64,000 nt of DNA, from assembly GCA_036172245.1 (NCBI GenBank), contig JAYWIR010000051.1:496001-560000 (forward strand), written 5' to 3'. Below the pieces are notes generated by a model. That model saw only the letters and a program-made list of their open reading frames with translations. It was not told where the DNA came from and made no database searches. Numbering within the stretch: position 1 is the stretch's first letter; each line of letters begins with the position of its first letter. Source of the DNA: Raillietiella orientalis (Eukaryota). Of the stretch, positions 13,501 through 27,588 are shown in pieces. The translations under genes and the position numbers were made by a program.

Positions 13501-16500
13501 AATCAAGCGGAAGAGACTGAGGAAGATGGCAATACATCAACCGACGCAGAGGAAAGGAACTGAGAATCATTTAAGAGAACAGTCATCAAAATTCAGTTGG
13601 GTTTTGTTGCAAAACCCAACTGTGACTTGAATTCTTTTGCAGTTCTTGAATTTTCTCTTGTTCTTGAATTCCGCGCGCATTTTGAGAACGAGGACCTAAG
13701 AAAGCAGGCAAAATACAGTGTCAACGAGTATGTCAAACACCTCAGGATGCGAAAATGACCGGCAACGTTGTGGAAAGAGTTTCGCCTCAGAAGGAACACA
13801 GAACCACTGACAGTGCTTCCAGTTGACCACTGTGCCTTCATACACGGTTGACTTCTTGAAGTTATTCCCTCTGATTTCCGAATCTGTGATGCCGTGAAAC
13901 CATTCGAAAAGCGGCCGCTGGCCTCTGGACTTGTACGTGCGTAGGCACCATGTTGTTCACTGCTCCAAGACCATCATTATCTTCTTGCTATTCTCGGCAG
14001 TGGGGTGGGGGGAGGGGTGGGGGGAATCCCAGAATCGCAAGGATAGCAAGAGTGTGAAACTGGCAGTGCCGGAGCAACGCAATCCGTATGTGAGGATTCC
14101 TTCCCACGGGTTCCGGATATTGTGCGTCGGTTTTCCCTCCCCCTCCCCTTCCCACGTGTTTGATCACTGCCACCGTGGTAAGAGGTGGCGCACGCTGCCG
14201 CATCATCAGAAAACGGTCACTTGGAAATGCAGCTGTCCGGGCGGCAAGTCGGACCACTTGACCGACCGGGGGAAGAGAATGCAGAAAAAAACAATAGGTT
14301 CACCTTCTGAGAAATGCTGCAGATGAGGAGCCGCGAGCCCTTTCGATGTGCTTTCCTCAAAACCAGGCAGACCCCCGAACATTAGGGAAAACTAGAGCAT
14401 CAGATAATCAGGAGAGGTTCCTCCCCCCCTCCACCGTCAAGTATCCTTACTCTGATGCGGCATCGCGTGCACTGATGAAAAGGCCGCTTAGATGATTGGC
14501 CCAAAGATTTGATAGAAGCTCTCGTGATTCAACATGGCGACAAAAACAAGAGACAGGAAGAAAAAGAGCAGATTTTGAGAGAAGTTCGCAAATGATCGCA
14601 GAAAGGTAGGTTTTTTTAAAGTAACGCCTTGAAGCACTACCACTTGTTCGTTATTAGATCCAACGTGTTTGGAGAGGGAGGGGGGACCATGGAGAAGTCC
14701 CACGCAATGGACAGGATCATCACACTCATTCGTAAAAACAATAAACAAGTGAATAAATGAGCGACCCACTTAATGGCTCAAGTTGCTGCCTTTATCAGAA
14801 GAACGTTCTGGAACAGATAGCAGAATTGGCAAGATATGATAAACAACGGAAAAATTATTCGTCCCAACGGGGGACAACGCGGAAAACGAAATGTTTGCTG
14901 ATTAACGTGTGCGGCTCGAAGTTGGCAAGAGGAACGTGAAGCTGGGCTCCGGCATCCAGCTCGGCTCGGCTTTCTCAAGTACACAGTCGGCAAGGAAGTC
15001 GCAGGGGAGGAGGAGGAGGAGGGAGTGGGGGAGGCGAAAAATGAGGAGGCCTCCCAACTCCCCTCCCAAAGCGCCTGGTGGCTCGCAGGGCCGGGAACCA
15101 GCGTTCGACTCGTTCGAATGGTATGTGAGAACTTCCAAGGGGTTGCCAGGGAAGCACAAAACAAGACGGGCAACAAAGGCAGCTCATCCAAGATTTAAGA
15201 GAGAGAGGGAGGGAGGGAGGCAGAAAAGCAAAAATATATGTATACACTCACTGCACGAGTAGCTCTTAATGAATTTGGATCCAGCAACGCATCCGTACCG
15301 CACGTGCGAGGCGGCGACAACTCCGGTACTGCACGAGGGCAACAATGAGGGCAAGCCAATAATACGAATGCGCCAGGGAGGAGGAGGAGGGGGGGGCGGA
15401 AGTGGGGGGAGAGAAAAGAAAAGTTAGGCGCGCCAAGGAGTGACATCACACCGTGCCAATGAGCTCTGCCGGTTTCCAGGAAAGAGATTTGCGGTTGCCA
15501 AGAGACGGCACGAGGCACACTCGGCGATTGGCGGGCGGCGACGCGCCCCGGGTCCTGCCGCTACCGGTTCGGAAAGCCCCACGAGGCTTTTCCCCGAGAA
15601 CCTTCCGCCGAACGGAATGCGTTACGATGCGTTTCAGGTGCTCCGCGTATGAAATTGCCAGGAAGATTCCGCCCGCACCGACGTTCCACCCAAGGCGTGA
15701 CGCTCGAGATGTCTCCAGATGTCTTCCTTCCGCCCCTCTGGTTCCCAAGTACCCTGGCAAATGCTCCGCTCAACCTTTACCTGTACGCTTCAGCTGGTTC
15801 CTTTTTACCTACTACCTGTCAGCAATGTTGATCAGGTTCCCCCGTTTCCAGGATAATTGTCTTACCCCTCCCCCTCCCTCTTCCTCACAAAAGGAGATCC
15901 ACCCGGGACAATGCCAAATCGAAACAGTGACCCACGACCACCTCCTCACTGTGCTGCTGATTTACGATTTGAGGATGCCGAATGTTCGGTGATTTATTCC
16001 CCGCGAAGCCACAATTACAGGAACAACTGCAACACGAACAACCAGTGCACGAAGATAACGAAGCCGATGAAGAAGACGACTCCATCCGGAACGACGAGCT
16101 GCATCTGAAGGTTCACTGCTTCTGGTAGACGGGGGTCGTACGGCTCGCTGCAGGAGTGCCAGTAGCGGAGACCAACAAAGTGCCAGGGCTTGAGACGGCA
16201 AGCGTTCCCCTCCCGAGAGCAGTAAACGGCGACGGCGGCATGGCGAAAGAACGCCATGAAACTCGGGACTTGAGTTTCGTCGGGAGCTTTGATCGCGCCC
16301 GTCGTTCCCTGAGCACTCATCGGAAGCGGAAACGAAAAAAAGCAAGAGAAGGAATTCTGCGTTCATCGAAACACAGGTGACCGCACAAATCGGCTGAGTT
16401 TTCGAAACCCCGTAAACAGAGGAATAAGTGGATGAACGAAGCGAGCTCTTCTTGGTACTTGACCTTCTTCCTTCCCCGACCTGGAGAATACGAAATTCCG

Positions 16501-19500
16501 CTTCCGTTCACTTCGTTCACCTCGTGAGTGGTCGGGCGGAGGGGCAGATCCGGATGCGGAAGACTTCGAGGAGGTGTCTGAGAGGGAGGCGCTTGCCACG
16601 TGGAGGTGACACGCCCAAGAGGAGTCTCCAGGGACGAGGGAATGTCACTTCCGCCCGACATCGACCGCAGAAAGCGACGCCCGGGTCCATCTGACCCGCC
16701 TCACGGATCGAGGTAGGATCTCGCACCTGCGCAAGCGGGTGCCGCTCGCGTGCACCGGATGCTCGTGCAAGAAGAGGTCGCTGCTGCAGCAGCTGGTGGA
16801 GTGGGAGGATCCGCGTCCGCCTCGGAAACCGTCCGTGGCCGGACGGAGGAGGCCGGGCAGTGAACAGCGGCAAAGAAGGCGACGGAACGTGCTGACCAGG
16901 CTCTGGTCAACGAATCGCTGCCGATCATGGAGATTGCGGGAGGCGCCCTCCACCTCGTTGCAGGGGTACCAGTAGCGCTTCGCTGATTGGAGACGGACCG
17001 GGAGGAAATGCGCTGAAGAGCCGCGCAGACTTCGCGCGACTCCCAAGTGAGTTGACCTTGCCCGTTTCCGCCCGTCGGCGGCCATCCGCAGCCGCTCCCG
17101 AGCTCGGGCTAGGAGGATCCAACGCCCGCGGACACCTCTGAGCTTCTTGCCTCAGGCCGCATCCAAGTCGTCTCGGCGGACGAAGGGGTCCGTGTCGACC
17201 CCTTCTGACCCCTACTTGACCTCAAGGTAGGGACGCGAACTCCCGCAGCGGACGCGTCCATGCAGTGCGATGGCCAGAAGGGTCGCAAGAGGCTGGTTCG
17301 GGTTCATTCCGACTCCGTGGCTGGGAGGTCACGGATTCTCCGTCCGGTGCCGGACTGGCGGACGTCCGGGTGCGGCGAGCGGGAAGCCCTGCCAGAGGAG
17401 TTCCTGCCTCTGGTTCTGCCGCGTTCAGGAGGAAGAACCGCCTGCCTCTGTCCGGCTGTCAGGGGCGGCTTCTCCTGTAGTCGGACGTGGCCCTCTTCCA
17501 TCGTCCCTTCGGCATGCTCCCTACCTTCCCCATCCGGGGGAAGTTCCCGGAACGGGAGGACCTCAAGAGTTGGCCACAGAAGTCCCGTGGGGAGAAGGCG
17601 GCAGCGGCTTGGCCGCCGGGACGAGATCTGGAAATGGAGAGAGATGGCCTGGATGCTCCCATGCTTCCGTTGGGACTCCTCCAGAAAGGAAGCGCTCCCA
17701 CTTTGACTTGGGGGGGAGGCGGAGCGGCAAACCTGCCTGCGGACGCTGACGCGCGGAATGGGAACCCCCGGGAATAGAACCCGGTCGGCCCTGCGCACAA
17801 CGGCGTGGAGGACGCTGACTGTTCCCAGCTTCTCCCTTCCTCCCAGTGGCATTCCGGGTTCCCTCCGAGTTTTCGTCCTCGAATGATCCCGCGGAGCCGC
17901 ATCCGTGTCCCTCTTGTCTGCGGTCACCCCACGCAGCGGCGTCGCCGGCTCGGTTTCTCTCCGCCGCCACTCCATCGCTGGGGGCTGACGTCACACTTCA
18001 ACCCCCCGCGGATCCTCCCCGCCACTCCAACCGGCGACGGCCACTCACGGGCGAAAGTCGGCTCTCTGCACCTCGGAGCCACGAAGAGAAACGAAGACTG
18101 CAACCTGTGCATCGGATGACCTCATTTTCTGGCTGGTTCTTTGAAGACCATCGAGGTTTGGCTGACCCGTCGAGAGGGAGGGGGAGAGGCGCGACGAGCG
18201 AACGCAACCCGCGCGTAAAGGGAGCGGAAGAAATCCGAGATGACGGACGAGGAGGACAGCGACGAACAGGGAGCGACGTGTCTTCCCGCGCCTCCTGGGC
18301 AGCGGAGAAGCCAGCTCCCGGGCAGGTGGAGAAACGGGCGCGCGCGCCCGTACCTCCCCCCCCGAAAAAAGTTGGATGAGAAGTGAAGGGGAGCGAGAGC
18401 GAGCATTCTGGGAAGATTCCCGTCCCCAGTCCCGTTCCCGGCCAGCTGCGTTCCCGAATCGGGAGTTGCGCTGGGGCGATCCGGGGAATTCGCCGCCGCT
18501 CCCGGCAGAGAGCCCCCGTCGTCCCAGACAGCACTGTCGACGGTAGCCTCCTTTCCCAAACTTTTACGATCGCGGCTCTTGCCTCGCCTTCCCCTTCGAG
18601 CGAATCCCTGCTGCGGATGAGGCAGCATCCCGCCGTCTGCAACGAAAACTGAGTTTTATTATTGTTGTTGTATTTCCCCTCTGTCCGGAAAGGACTTCCA
18701 GTCTGTTCGCGGATGCTGCGAGGAGCAGTGCGGACTGCATGCCTGTTCTCGTCCTGCGGTTTTCTGAGAGGTCACCGGGAGGTGAGGGTCGGGGGCGGGG
18801 GGAGGGGGAGATGACGAGGACGGGTCCGAACGGCGGGAAGGAAGCCGCCTATGCGCCTCGGTCGGGGCTGCCGTGGGAGACGGCCACACTGACGAGGCCC
18901 CCCGCACAGTCGCCGCTTTCCTGTCACGTGGTCTTCCGAACGGCGCATCCGCAGCGGGACCCTTGAGGGAGGTGCTGCCGCTTCTGGGGCTGGCGATAGG
19001 CACGCCCTTCGTTGGTTTCCGCCTCCTCTCTCTCTCTCTGTATGCAGCCGCCGGCTGCCGCGCTCGTCACTCCGCTCACGCGGAGAGCCCCGGCAACAGA
19101 GACGGTTTCCAGGGAGGAGGAGGGGGGCGGGGCATCCTGGCCCCGCCGCCAGTGTGCTGACCTCGAACTAGGCACTCACTCACTCCGGACTGAAAAAAGT
19201 GGCGCGCACAGCCAGCTCCCGGGAGACGTTGCAGCGGCGGCTGCGAGCGATCGCCCACCCCAGCGGCGAAAAAAGAACCTCGTGGAACGCGTTCCGGGTC
19301 GCTCGCATCTTCCGCTGACGGGCATACCGCCTGCTTCTACGCCGGGCGACCACCCTTTCTTCGGATGGGGAAAAAAGAGGTCATCCGGTCTCTTGCGCTC
19401 TCCCGCCGCGAGGACAAATTCCGCTTTGGTTCACGAGAGGCTCCTCGGACACCATACTCGTGGGCAAGCCCATGGGTCCCTCTTCCCCCCCCCCTCCCTT

Positions 19501-22500
19501 CCCCCCAACGTTCTGAACGTTCCAAGGGGGATCGAACTGAAACATTAAAAGATTTTGAAGAAACACTTAAAATTTATAATGAAGTTCTCAGTTTTCAAAT
19601 CCGTAGCTGTTGTTGTTCCATCCGGGTGCGACGGAACTCTTCGGCCGACACGAACGCTGTTGGCTGAAGGAGGCGCTTACTTGACCCTGCCACTGGCGCC
19701 ATGTACGGACGAACGGTCAGAATTCTGCCCTTGCGCCCGGGGACAGACTCGTCGCCTCCTTTTTTCCCCCCTCGTCAACCTGCCACGCAGGTCTGGGAGC
19801 CCTCACCCTCTGGAGGTTCACCTGGGGTCACCAAGGCAGCGGCAGCAGCAGCTCTTCGTCGCGCTTTCCAATTCATCCTACACCTCCTTTCCCCTCTCTC
19901 CAAGGGGACACACGTCACATCTGATGGGTCAGCCGCCAGGCCATGGATCCGATCCGCCTCGACCTCCAGAGGGAAGCCTGCGGGACCGCCCTTTGGTGCC
20001 CTCCCCTTCCCAGGAACGGCGAGGCATCCAGCCGAGTATCCGCCCGGCTCGTTGGGGGATGCATGCCGTCATAAGGAAGCGAAAGCGTCACAAGGATGCT
20101 AAAGCTGGGCGAGACCGGGAGCGGTCTCGCCTAGCCCTCCTGGGAACCACGAGATACGCGAACGTGTTTCTCTCCACGTGGCCCTGAGGTCGGCCTACCG
20201 TGCCCCGCCCTCCATTAGAGCGGGAAGCCGCTCGCTGCGGAGGGAGGTCCCATCGCCTCGCCCGTGCTCGGCGGACAAGAACTTCCCTGCCCTCCGCCGA
20301 CACAGAGCAACTCTGTAAGAAGTTCCCCTGGTCCGACCGCAGGTGAGCCGCTTCATTTGAGGCGCGCGTCCTGCTTGTCGTCGTCAGCCTCGAACGTCTC
20401 CGGGAGTGTCTTCGGAGCAGGCCTTGATTTACATTTCCGTCGACAAAGAGGCGCTCCAGAGGCCGTGGGACGGTCCAAGTCTGTGCAGACACACGGGAGG
20501 GGGGCGTAATTCGTGGATCGGTCGGACGTGATGGTTAGAATCCATTGCCTCGGGGTTTCCTTCCGAGCCGAGGGCGAGAAAATTCCGGCTCGTTCCACCG
20601 TCGTGGCGGAGGGGGAGAGGCAAACGCAATGGTCCCCGGCGCCGACCTTTCGCTAAGTCCCTCCCTTCCCCTCCCCTCAATCCCGAAGGCTCTCGCGGAT
20701 GGCTGGAAATGCCTCGCGGTGTGCACTGCCCGGATTCCGGCGTCAGGGAGACGCAGCGGTCTCCCCGGAGAAGTGCCATGGAGATCAGCAGACCCCCTCC
20801 AGGACGTCGCCCGTGTCCGACGCGGGGCTTCCCGTGGTGAGGAGCGTAGGCGGGCCGACTAGGGGATGTATCTCGGAGACATCTCAAGTGCTGGGGCGGG
20901 GAAAAACCACGTTTCCGCGGAGTCGTGGCCGACGGCTACTGCCTCTGGGCTCGCACGTCCCATCCTCCTCTTCGAGTGTCCCAGAAGATGTTCGTATTTG
21001 TCGCTGTCCATCCAAGCGCTGCCTCCGCCGACGGCGCGTAATCGACGCCGGGGGCTCGCTGCATCCCCGCTCCAGCAGCCGTCCCGACGCCCACGGGCGG
21101 GTCGTCCTCCGGTCGATTCCGGTTCCTCCCGACTCGGTGTAACAGCTCTGTCTGGTCCCGCGGATCGGCGGTTCCACCACAGGACCGATAGTTCGGCATT
21201 TGCCGAAGCGTCGAATGGCGGCCATATTGAACCGCAAATTGCGGTCTGATTTGTCCGTTTCCAGCCCGCCACGCGTTTCCGCCGCATCCGCAAACTTGCA
21301 GCGTGCACCTGCCTTCGGACGGCGGGACAATTTCCAGGATGCGCGTTTCCCTTCTAGGAGAAGGCAGTTCCCCCCCTCCCCCTCCCCCCGACTCGACAGA
21401 CGGACGCCCACGCCACGACCAGGCGCGGAGGTTACTCCGAGCAAGACAAAAGCAACACGTCCGCGGCGGATTTCCGATCTCCCCACGCATCGCCCGCGCG
21501 CGCCCCTCTGCTTGGCGGCCTTCGTTTCCATCCTCTTCTCTGAAAACGTTCGATTCTCTTTTGTTTTGTTTTTTTTCCAGGGGGAGCGGAGGAGAGGGGG
21601 AATCTTCGCGTGCTCTTCCAGCACGGCACCCAACGCGAGCAAAGAGCACCCGCACATCACGCCTGATAATTTCCGTCTTCCTTCTTTCCATTTTCCTGCA
21701 GTCAGCAAGCTCTCGCCTTTGACGGTGGCACGTCGAACAGGGGTGAACAGAAGCGCCGTCCAGGAAGGCGTGCTCCCCTGGAGCAGAACGAGGAAAGCGC
21801 AGCCTCCTTTGCATTCAAGCGGAACTCGATCCCGATCACAGGAACGCACGAAAAAATATCCCCTTCGACTTACAGCATGGAAGGAAGTCCGGAGGTTTCC
21901 GGAGGCTTTCGGATAGCATCCTAAGGTGCTGCTGTCTTGCATATTCCTTCGAGCGGCGGCGGCACCATTTGCAAAAAGGAAAATAAAAACGAAGCAAAAC
22001 ACAAAGACAAAACGTCCAGTTTCTCGGTCAGCCGACCAACGAGCGTCACCTGGAAACATCTTCCTCCTTCAGGTTTCCCGTCATCGCGAAAGCGGGCGCA
22101 ACGAACATACCGCCCGCATTCGCTTCCCAACGGGAAGGTAGGAAACAAAAACAAAACAAAGGGAGGAGGAGGAGCAAAAGGGCGTTGTCCAATGAAGGAG
22201 CTGTCGGTGACGGTTCAAACGTGATTAATGAATCTCAGCAACTCGAGCTACCGCCATGGGTACTGCGGGAAACGCGTGGCCGCTGTCCGCGGCTCTGCGC
22301 GCGTTCCCGCGGTGTCCCGGAAATCGCGCCTGCACCTTCGCGGAGGCACGGCGCGCACGGATCCACCAGCCGCCATCCACACCGGATGAATCGACTGGAG
22401 TGGCGTTCACTGAAGCACCGGCTGGCTCCCTGAGCCCCGGAAAGCGACGCGCCAGAGCCGCGCTAAATTGGGCCGGTGCTGGCCACGCGCTCCTGCGGAC

Positions 22501-24287
22501 ACCCGGGCGAACCGCTCGCACGCCTTCTAAGAGGAAAGAAGGTCGGGTCAGGCGAGCAGAGCGAAGGAGCGCGAGGAGAGTCCTCGTCTTGTTCGAAGAA
22601 AGGCTCGCCCCGCTGGTGTCGTTCTCTCCCTTTCACGCTGGATGTGGGAAGAATGGCCCGACGCTGAAGACAACCCATTCTTCCGTCAGAAAAGCAACGG
22701 CTTTCCGGCGCGACGGACGGCGGTTCTGGAACGAGTTATCAGTTGGCCAGGATGCCGACTTCCGAGGTTTGCCGAATGGAAGCCCCGCAAAAATCAAAAA
22801 AAAAAAAAGAGAGCGGGAGAGAGGGAGGAGGGGGGGGGGAGAGAGAGAAAAAGGCTCAGTGCGCAGTACCCGCGAGTTCAGCTTTCCTCCTGAGATGACA
22901 CTTGTACGAGTCTGCTCCGAGACCCCAACGCAATGCGCTCTGCAAGCCGCTTGCAGGCGAACGTTGGCTCGAACGGTCACAACGCCCACGCACGCCACCA
23001 AACTACCTTCTAGTCGTTACCTTCTGTGTCAAACAGATTTGTCTCGCCAGTCATGTGATTACCACGTCGTGATGAAGGCTGCTGCCGGCAAACAGACGCG
23101 GGGAACGACGGGCAGCGGGCTCGGGAGGGAGCCCCCCCCCCTCCCTCCCCTTGCCAGCATGCTTGCGGGAGACCCCGGGACAGCTAGCGCGCGGCAGCCC
23201 GGACGGAGGAATCCAGACGAAGGGAACGGAAGTTCTCGTGGGCGCTTCCGCTTTCCACGGGGGCTTCCGGGGAACACCTTTGCTCGGACCGCTTCCCAGG
23301 GAGCGAGTGACATCCGGCGGCGGCGGCGGGCGGCGGGAGAGAAGCAAAAAAGATCGCCGTGACGAAACGCAAGTGTGGCGGCGGCGCGACTGCGTGGCCG
23401 CTTCGGATCTGCTCCCGGCGGGACCTTAGGAGCGCATGCAGCCACGCATACAAGATGAGTCGGGAACGGTAGCAGCAGGCGGAGGAATGCTTGCAGCGCA
23501 CTCGAACGTGCTCTGGGGCCAGGTGGAAGTGGCTGCGAGGGCGCTCGAGAGGGAACCGGGGAGAGTTCTTCTCGACGAGCCACTCGACAGCTCCCCTGGA
23601 GGCGGCGGCGAAACGGCCACCGCGGAGGAATCCACACGCCAGAAGAGAGGGCGCACGCGCCGTAGAGGAAGAGCTGGTTCCGGGAGGAATTTGGGGAGGG
23701 GAATGCGTCCGGTTCCGATGTCTTCCGCCGCCGCCTCTCTCGCCAGGAGAGGACGCGCTCCGCCGTGGCGCCTACTTCAGGCGGAAGAGCCTCGCCCTCG
23801 GAGGCGCATCGCCGGAAATAAAAGAAAAGACATCATCTGTTCAGTCCATTTCACATCTTTTATTGCTGAGACGTGCATCGGGGAGAAAGGGGAGTGCACA
23901 CCGCATCCCCGTCCGCTGCTCCTGAAAGTCCACGAGCCTCCCTCCCACCCCCTCAAGAAACTGCGCTGCGTTTCCCGGTCAGCGCTCCCTGCTCCCACGT
24001 GCTAGGTGCACTCGTACGCAACACGCGCGCGCGCGCACGGGTCGCACACATCAAGTGCGCCCGGCCCTGCGAGGATCCACACGCACGCAATACTTGCCCC
24101 GGGGTACCGCAGGCTGCTGAAAATTTCACCACCATCCGTTCATCCCCCTTCCTGAAGTCCCACCGAAACAGAGACGCGTTCGCACACACTTCCCCCCCCC
24201 GCGCGCGTGCGTGCGCGCGAGAGAGATCTCCCTCGCTCCGCGGCAGAGATCGCGCCATTGGGGGAGGGGCAGCAGTATAAAACGGGG

Positions 24288-24293
24288 TTTATT
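24288..24293 (-). promoter_or_regulatory. Putative polyadenylation signal (AATAAA) of the NR2C gene
   Basis: TTTATT on the plus strand about 105 nt downstream of the stop codon at 24398. Confidence 0.6.
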
Positions 24294-24397
24294 GGGCGGA
24301 AGACAGAAAAAAATGTTTTCGGGACTAGACGAACTCTGAAGAAAATTCATACGCTGGATGAATTCTTCTTCCCCTTCGATTCACGATCGGGAAAAAA

Positions 24398-27300
24398 TCA
24401 CTGGGATATCAGACGAGGCATGACCCCTTCCTCTTGCCCGTCGGAAGGGTGTATCATCCCCGACGTGTAGTCGCCGGTCTCCATCCGGAGGATGTACGGA
24501 ATGACCGAGTCGATCTGCACGTTGCCGATCAGGCCGGCGAAGAACACCTCTTCCATCACGGCGGGCTGCAGTCCGCGCAGGGACAGGAGGCGCAGGAAAA
24601 GCCGGCACAACCGCCTACTCTTATCGGATCCCTCGAGCTGCGCCCACATCTCTTGAGCAACCCTTTCCTGCACTTGCTCGACCTGCTTACGTATCTGCAG
24701 CTCCGGGGTATCTGCACATGTGGTGTCTTGCTTCAGCCATCTCCCCCCGGGACCAAGAGCCCGCTGCCCCCGCTCACCTGGGCTGAACAGCACCAGTAGC
24801 CGCAGGTACGCATACTCGGCGTCCGAGACGCCGAGGCGCGTCATGCAGCGAACGAACTCCTGGAGACGGCAGATGTGGTTGGTCACCTGCGTGACCTCGT
24901 GCACGGTCACCTTGTCCTGGGCGACGCTGCTCTCCAGCTGACACACCACGGCGTCGAACATGGAACGCAGCTGGATGATGTTGGCGCACTGGGTGAGTCC
25001 GAGGGCGAACAACTGCGCCCAGCACGACCGCAGGAGGACGATTTGGGAGTCCGTGCTAGAAGCAAAAAGGGAGGAGGGATGCAGTGAGGACGCTTCCCCT
25101 TGTCTTTCTTCGCCCGCGCGATGTACCTCAACGAGCGAAAGGCCGGGATGGCCCGCGCCCAGTGCACCGACAGGAAGAGAAGTCGGGACGCGGTCTCGCA
25201 GGTGTAATGAGCGCTGAAATAGGGCGTCAGTGGAGCCGGCGTGGTGATCGAGAACGGGATCTGCTGGGCGGTCAGCAGGGGTTCGTCCTTCTCCAAGAAG
25301 TCCCTCGTCAGACTGTCGTCAGCGTTGTTGCTGGAGAAGTGGCCGTTGACTTCCTCCTGGAGAACGGAAAGGAGGGGGGATTGGCGCTGTGGGTCCCGAG
25401 CTTTCATTGGGCGCGCACGGGGCGGTCCGACCTCCTCCATGATGCGACTGACGGAATCCAGGGCTCTGGTGATCTCCTGACGCTCCGCCGTCGACAAACC
25501 CATGTTTTCCCCGCTCATGGGCGAAGGGACGCGCAGGCCACTCAGGCTGTTGGCTACCGTGGCCAGCGTGTTGAGGTCGGCTCCTGCGGTGCTGCCACTG
25601 AGGCCACCAGTCTGCAGGAAGTTGGCCACTCTGTCGGGCATGTCTCCGATGTCGGCACACAAGTCGCGGCGAACAAAAATGCGCGCCGGCGAGCTCCCTT
25701 CCATAGGGGAGGTGCACTCCTGCTTCGGACTAGCACACCCATTGTCTATGGGTTCCTTTTTGAATTCGAACGAGGATGAGTTGGGCTTGCGCTCCGACTG
25801 CACGGCTGTGGGACGGTGAGCTTTGCATGACTCATGGTGGTCTGAGCCCCAAACCGAAGAAACTTACAATCACTACGCATCCCCATTTCCAGACACTTTT
25901 TGAGGCGGCAGTACTGGCAGCGGTTCCGGTGGTGCTTGGTGACCTCGCAATCTCTATTGCCGCGGCACTGGTAACCCAGCTGCTTGCGAATCGAACGCTT
26001 GAAAAAGCCTTTGCAACCTTCGCAACTGATGGCCCCATAATGACGTCCTGAAGGAACAGAAGTAGTTGGTTAATGGTGCGCAAACTTCGCAGCAAAGTTT
26101 CCGCAAATCGAGCCAACAAGCAACCACTATTCTGAAACGACGATCACTATCTTCGGGAAGGGACAGAAGGTGTTCTATTCGAAGGTTCGCGGACCCTCAT
26201 GACACGGATCGCTTGGGAGGAAAAGTCCGTATCCTTTTCTGCGCTCTGTGTGCCCATGTTGAGCATTCTTCTCATCTTCAGTGAGAAGCGACATGCTGCA
26301 TGCATGATTACTGTCATTGGTACTGACTACCGAAAGCTGATATGTGTCACCACAGGCGCGCACACGCATGTACCCGAGAAAAGTTCAACATGTCAGAGTT
26401 CACAGATGGACACACAGAACAGTGCAGAAAGCGAGCCCCGTGGACTGGTGGACGCGAAAGAAAATTGGGAATGCCGCGAGACGCTACACGAAGGCTTCAG
26501 AGAACACGAGAAGTTTCGAGGCACCACCCTGATAGCGCACGTGCACCACCACCGTGGGCGCGAAAGCGCCTTCGCAGAACACAACTGCACACCTCTCTAC
26601 ACCACTTTGCCGAGGTACTGAAAACAACCGGCGGACGGAATTCGAGGAACCACCCGAATTAGGCTGGATCCAAGAACATCCGCTTCCGAAAACCAGCGCC
26701 GGGTCCCTGGAACGCCGGCATCAAGCCCAGAGCTGCGACTCGCAGGGAAGTGCAGTAAGCTCTTCCTGCATTTCGAAACAGCACGGGAAACGAGACGCAG
26801 ACGATTCGGTGAGGCTGAGCCACAACTCCAGCGTTCTCACTGCAAGACGAGCATCCGCTTTTCATCACTTCGTTCGTGTTCCTGAACGAATAATTCACCA
26901 ATAACCGACGCTGTTGATTATCATGGGGTGACTGCTCATTCCAATGAGACTGATACAAGTTGTAAACGCTTGCACTGCAACCGTAGATGGAAATTTAAAG
27001 TGGCACTAGCATGTATAATTTAGTTAACCCAAATGAAGGGGTTCGTTGAATTCCACTTCAGATGCAAAGTGAGCCATAAGTAATTTTGAAAAGGGGATTC
27101 ACACCTGAGGATTACTCGAAATGGTAGATTCTACTTTTCTGTGCCACTGCGTGGAATGATGGCCACAGATTTTGAAATGCCTCGAACACCAAACACTTCG
27201 AACTGGCAGACGCCACCCTATCCGAAACCCTAGCAAATACCGAAAACCCACCTTGTTTCATTGGGTCCATTGGTATTTATCCGTGAGAACAGATCCAAAA

Positions 27301-27554
27301 TTCTTTTCGGACAGTTTTCCCTTTAAACGAACACTGTGATCTGCAGTCCCAACAGGTTTCATGAACAAATACATCCCCGATGCTCATTCGTACTGCCAAC
27401 ATGTGTCTCCGAGACTACACGTGAAAGCAAAAAATGTCAGGTACGGAACATGGCCTGCCTCTCGTTATTGCCCTGGCAAAGATGCCAGAAGAGATGGGTG
27501 GGAGCCCAACCATGGAGCAAAATAATCAGAAAACAGAAGTTTTTTTTTTTCTTT

Positions 27555-27588
<34 letters not shown>

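Noticed and set aside
20884..23362. Longest ORFs in the track (20884-22059, 22256-23362; also 55441-56493 and 57192-58286)
   Set aside because: Arg/Gly/Pro/Ala-rich, with no domains; some cross homopolymer tracts and all are typical of stop-poor GC-rich DNA.
24434..26051. Plus-strand ORFs overlapping the NR2C exons
   Set aside because: Antisense shadows of a high-GC3 coding sequence.
26229..26238. Second GTATCCTTTT U12-like donor (plus strand; a weaker one is at 14441)
   Set aside because: Antisense within the NR2C intron, with no supported exon or matching branch site; a 9-mer is expected by chance about once in a window this size.
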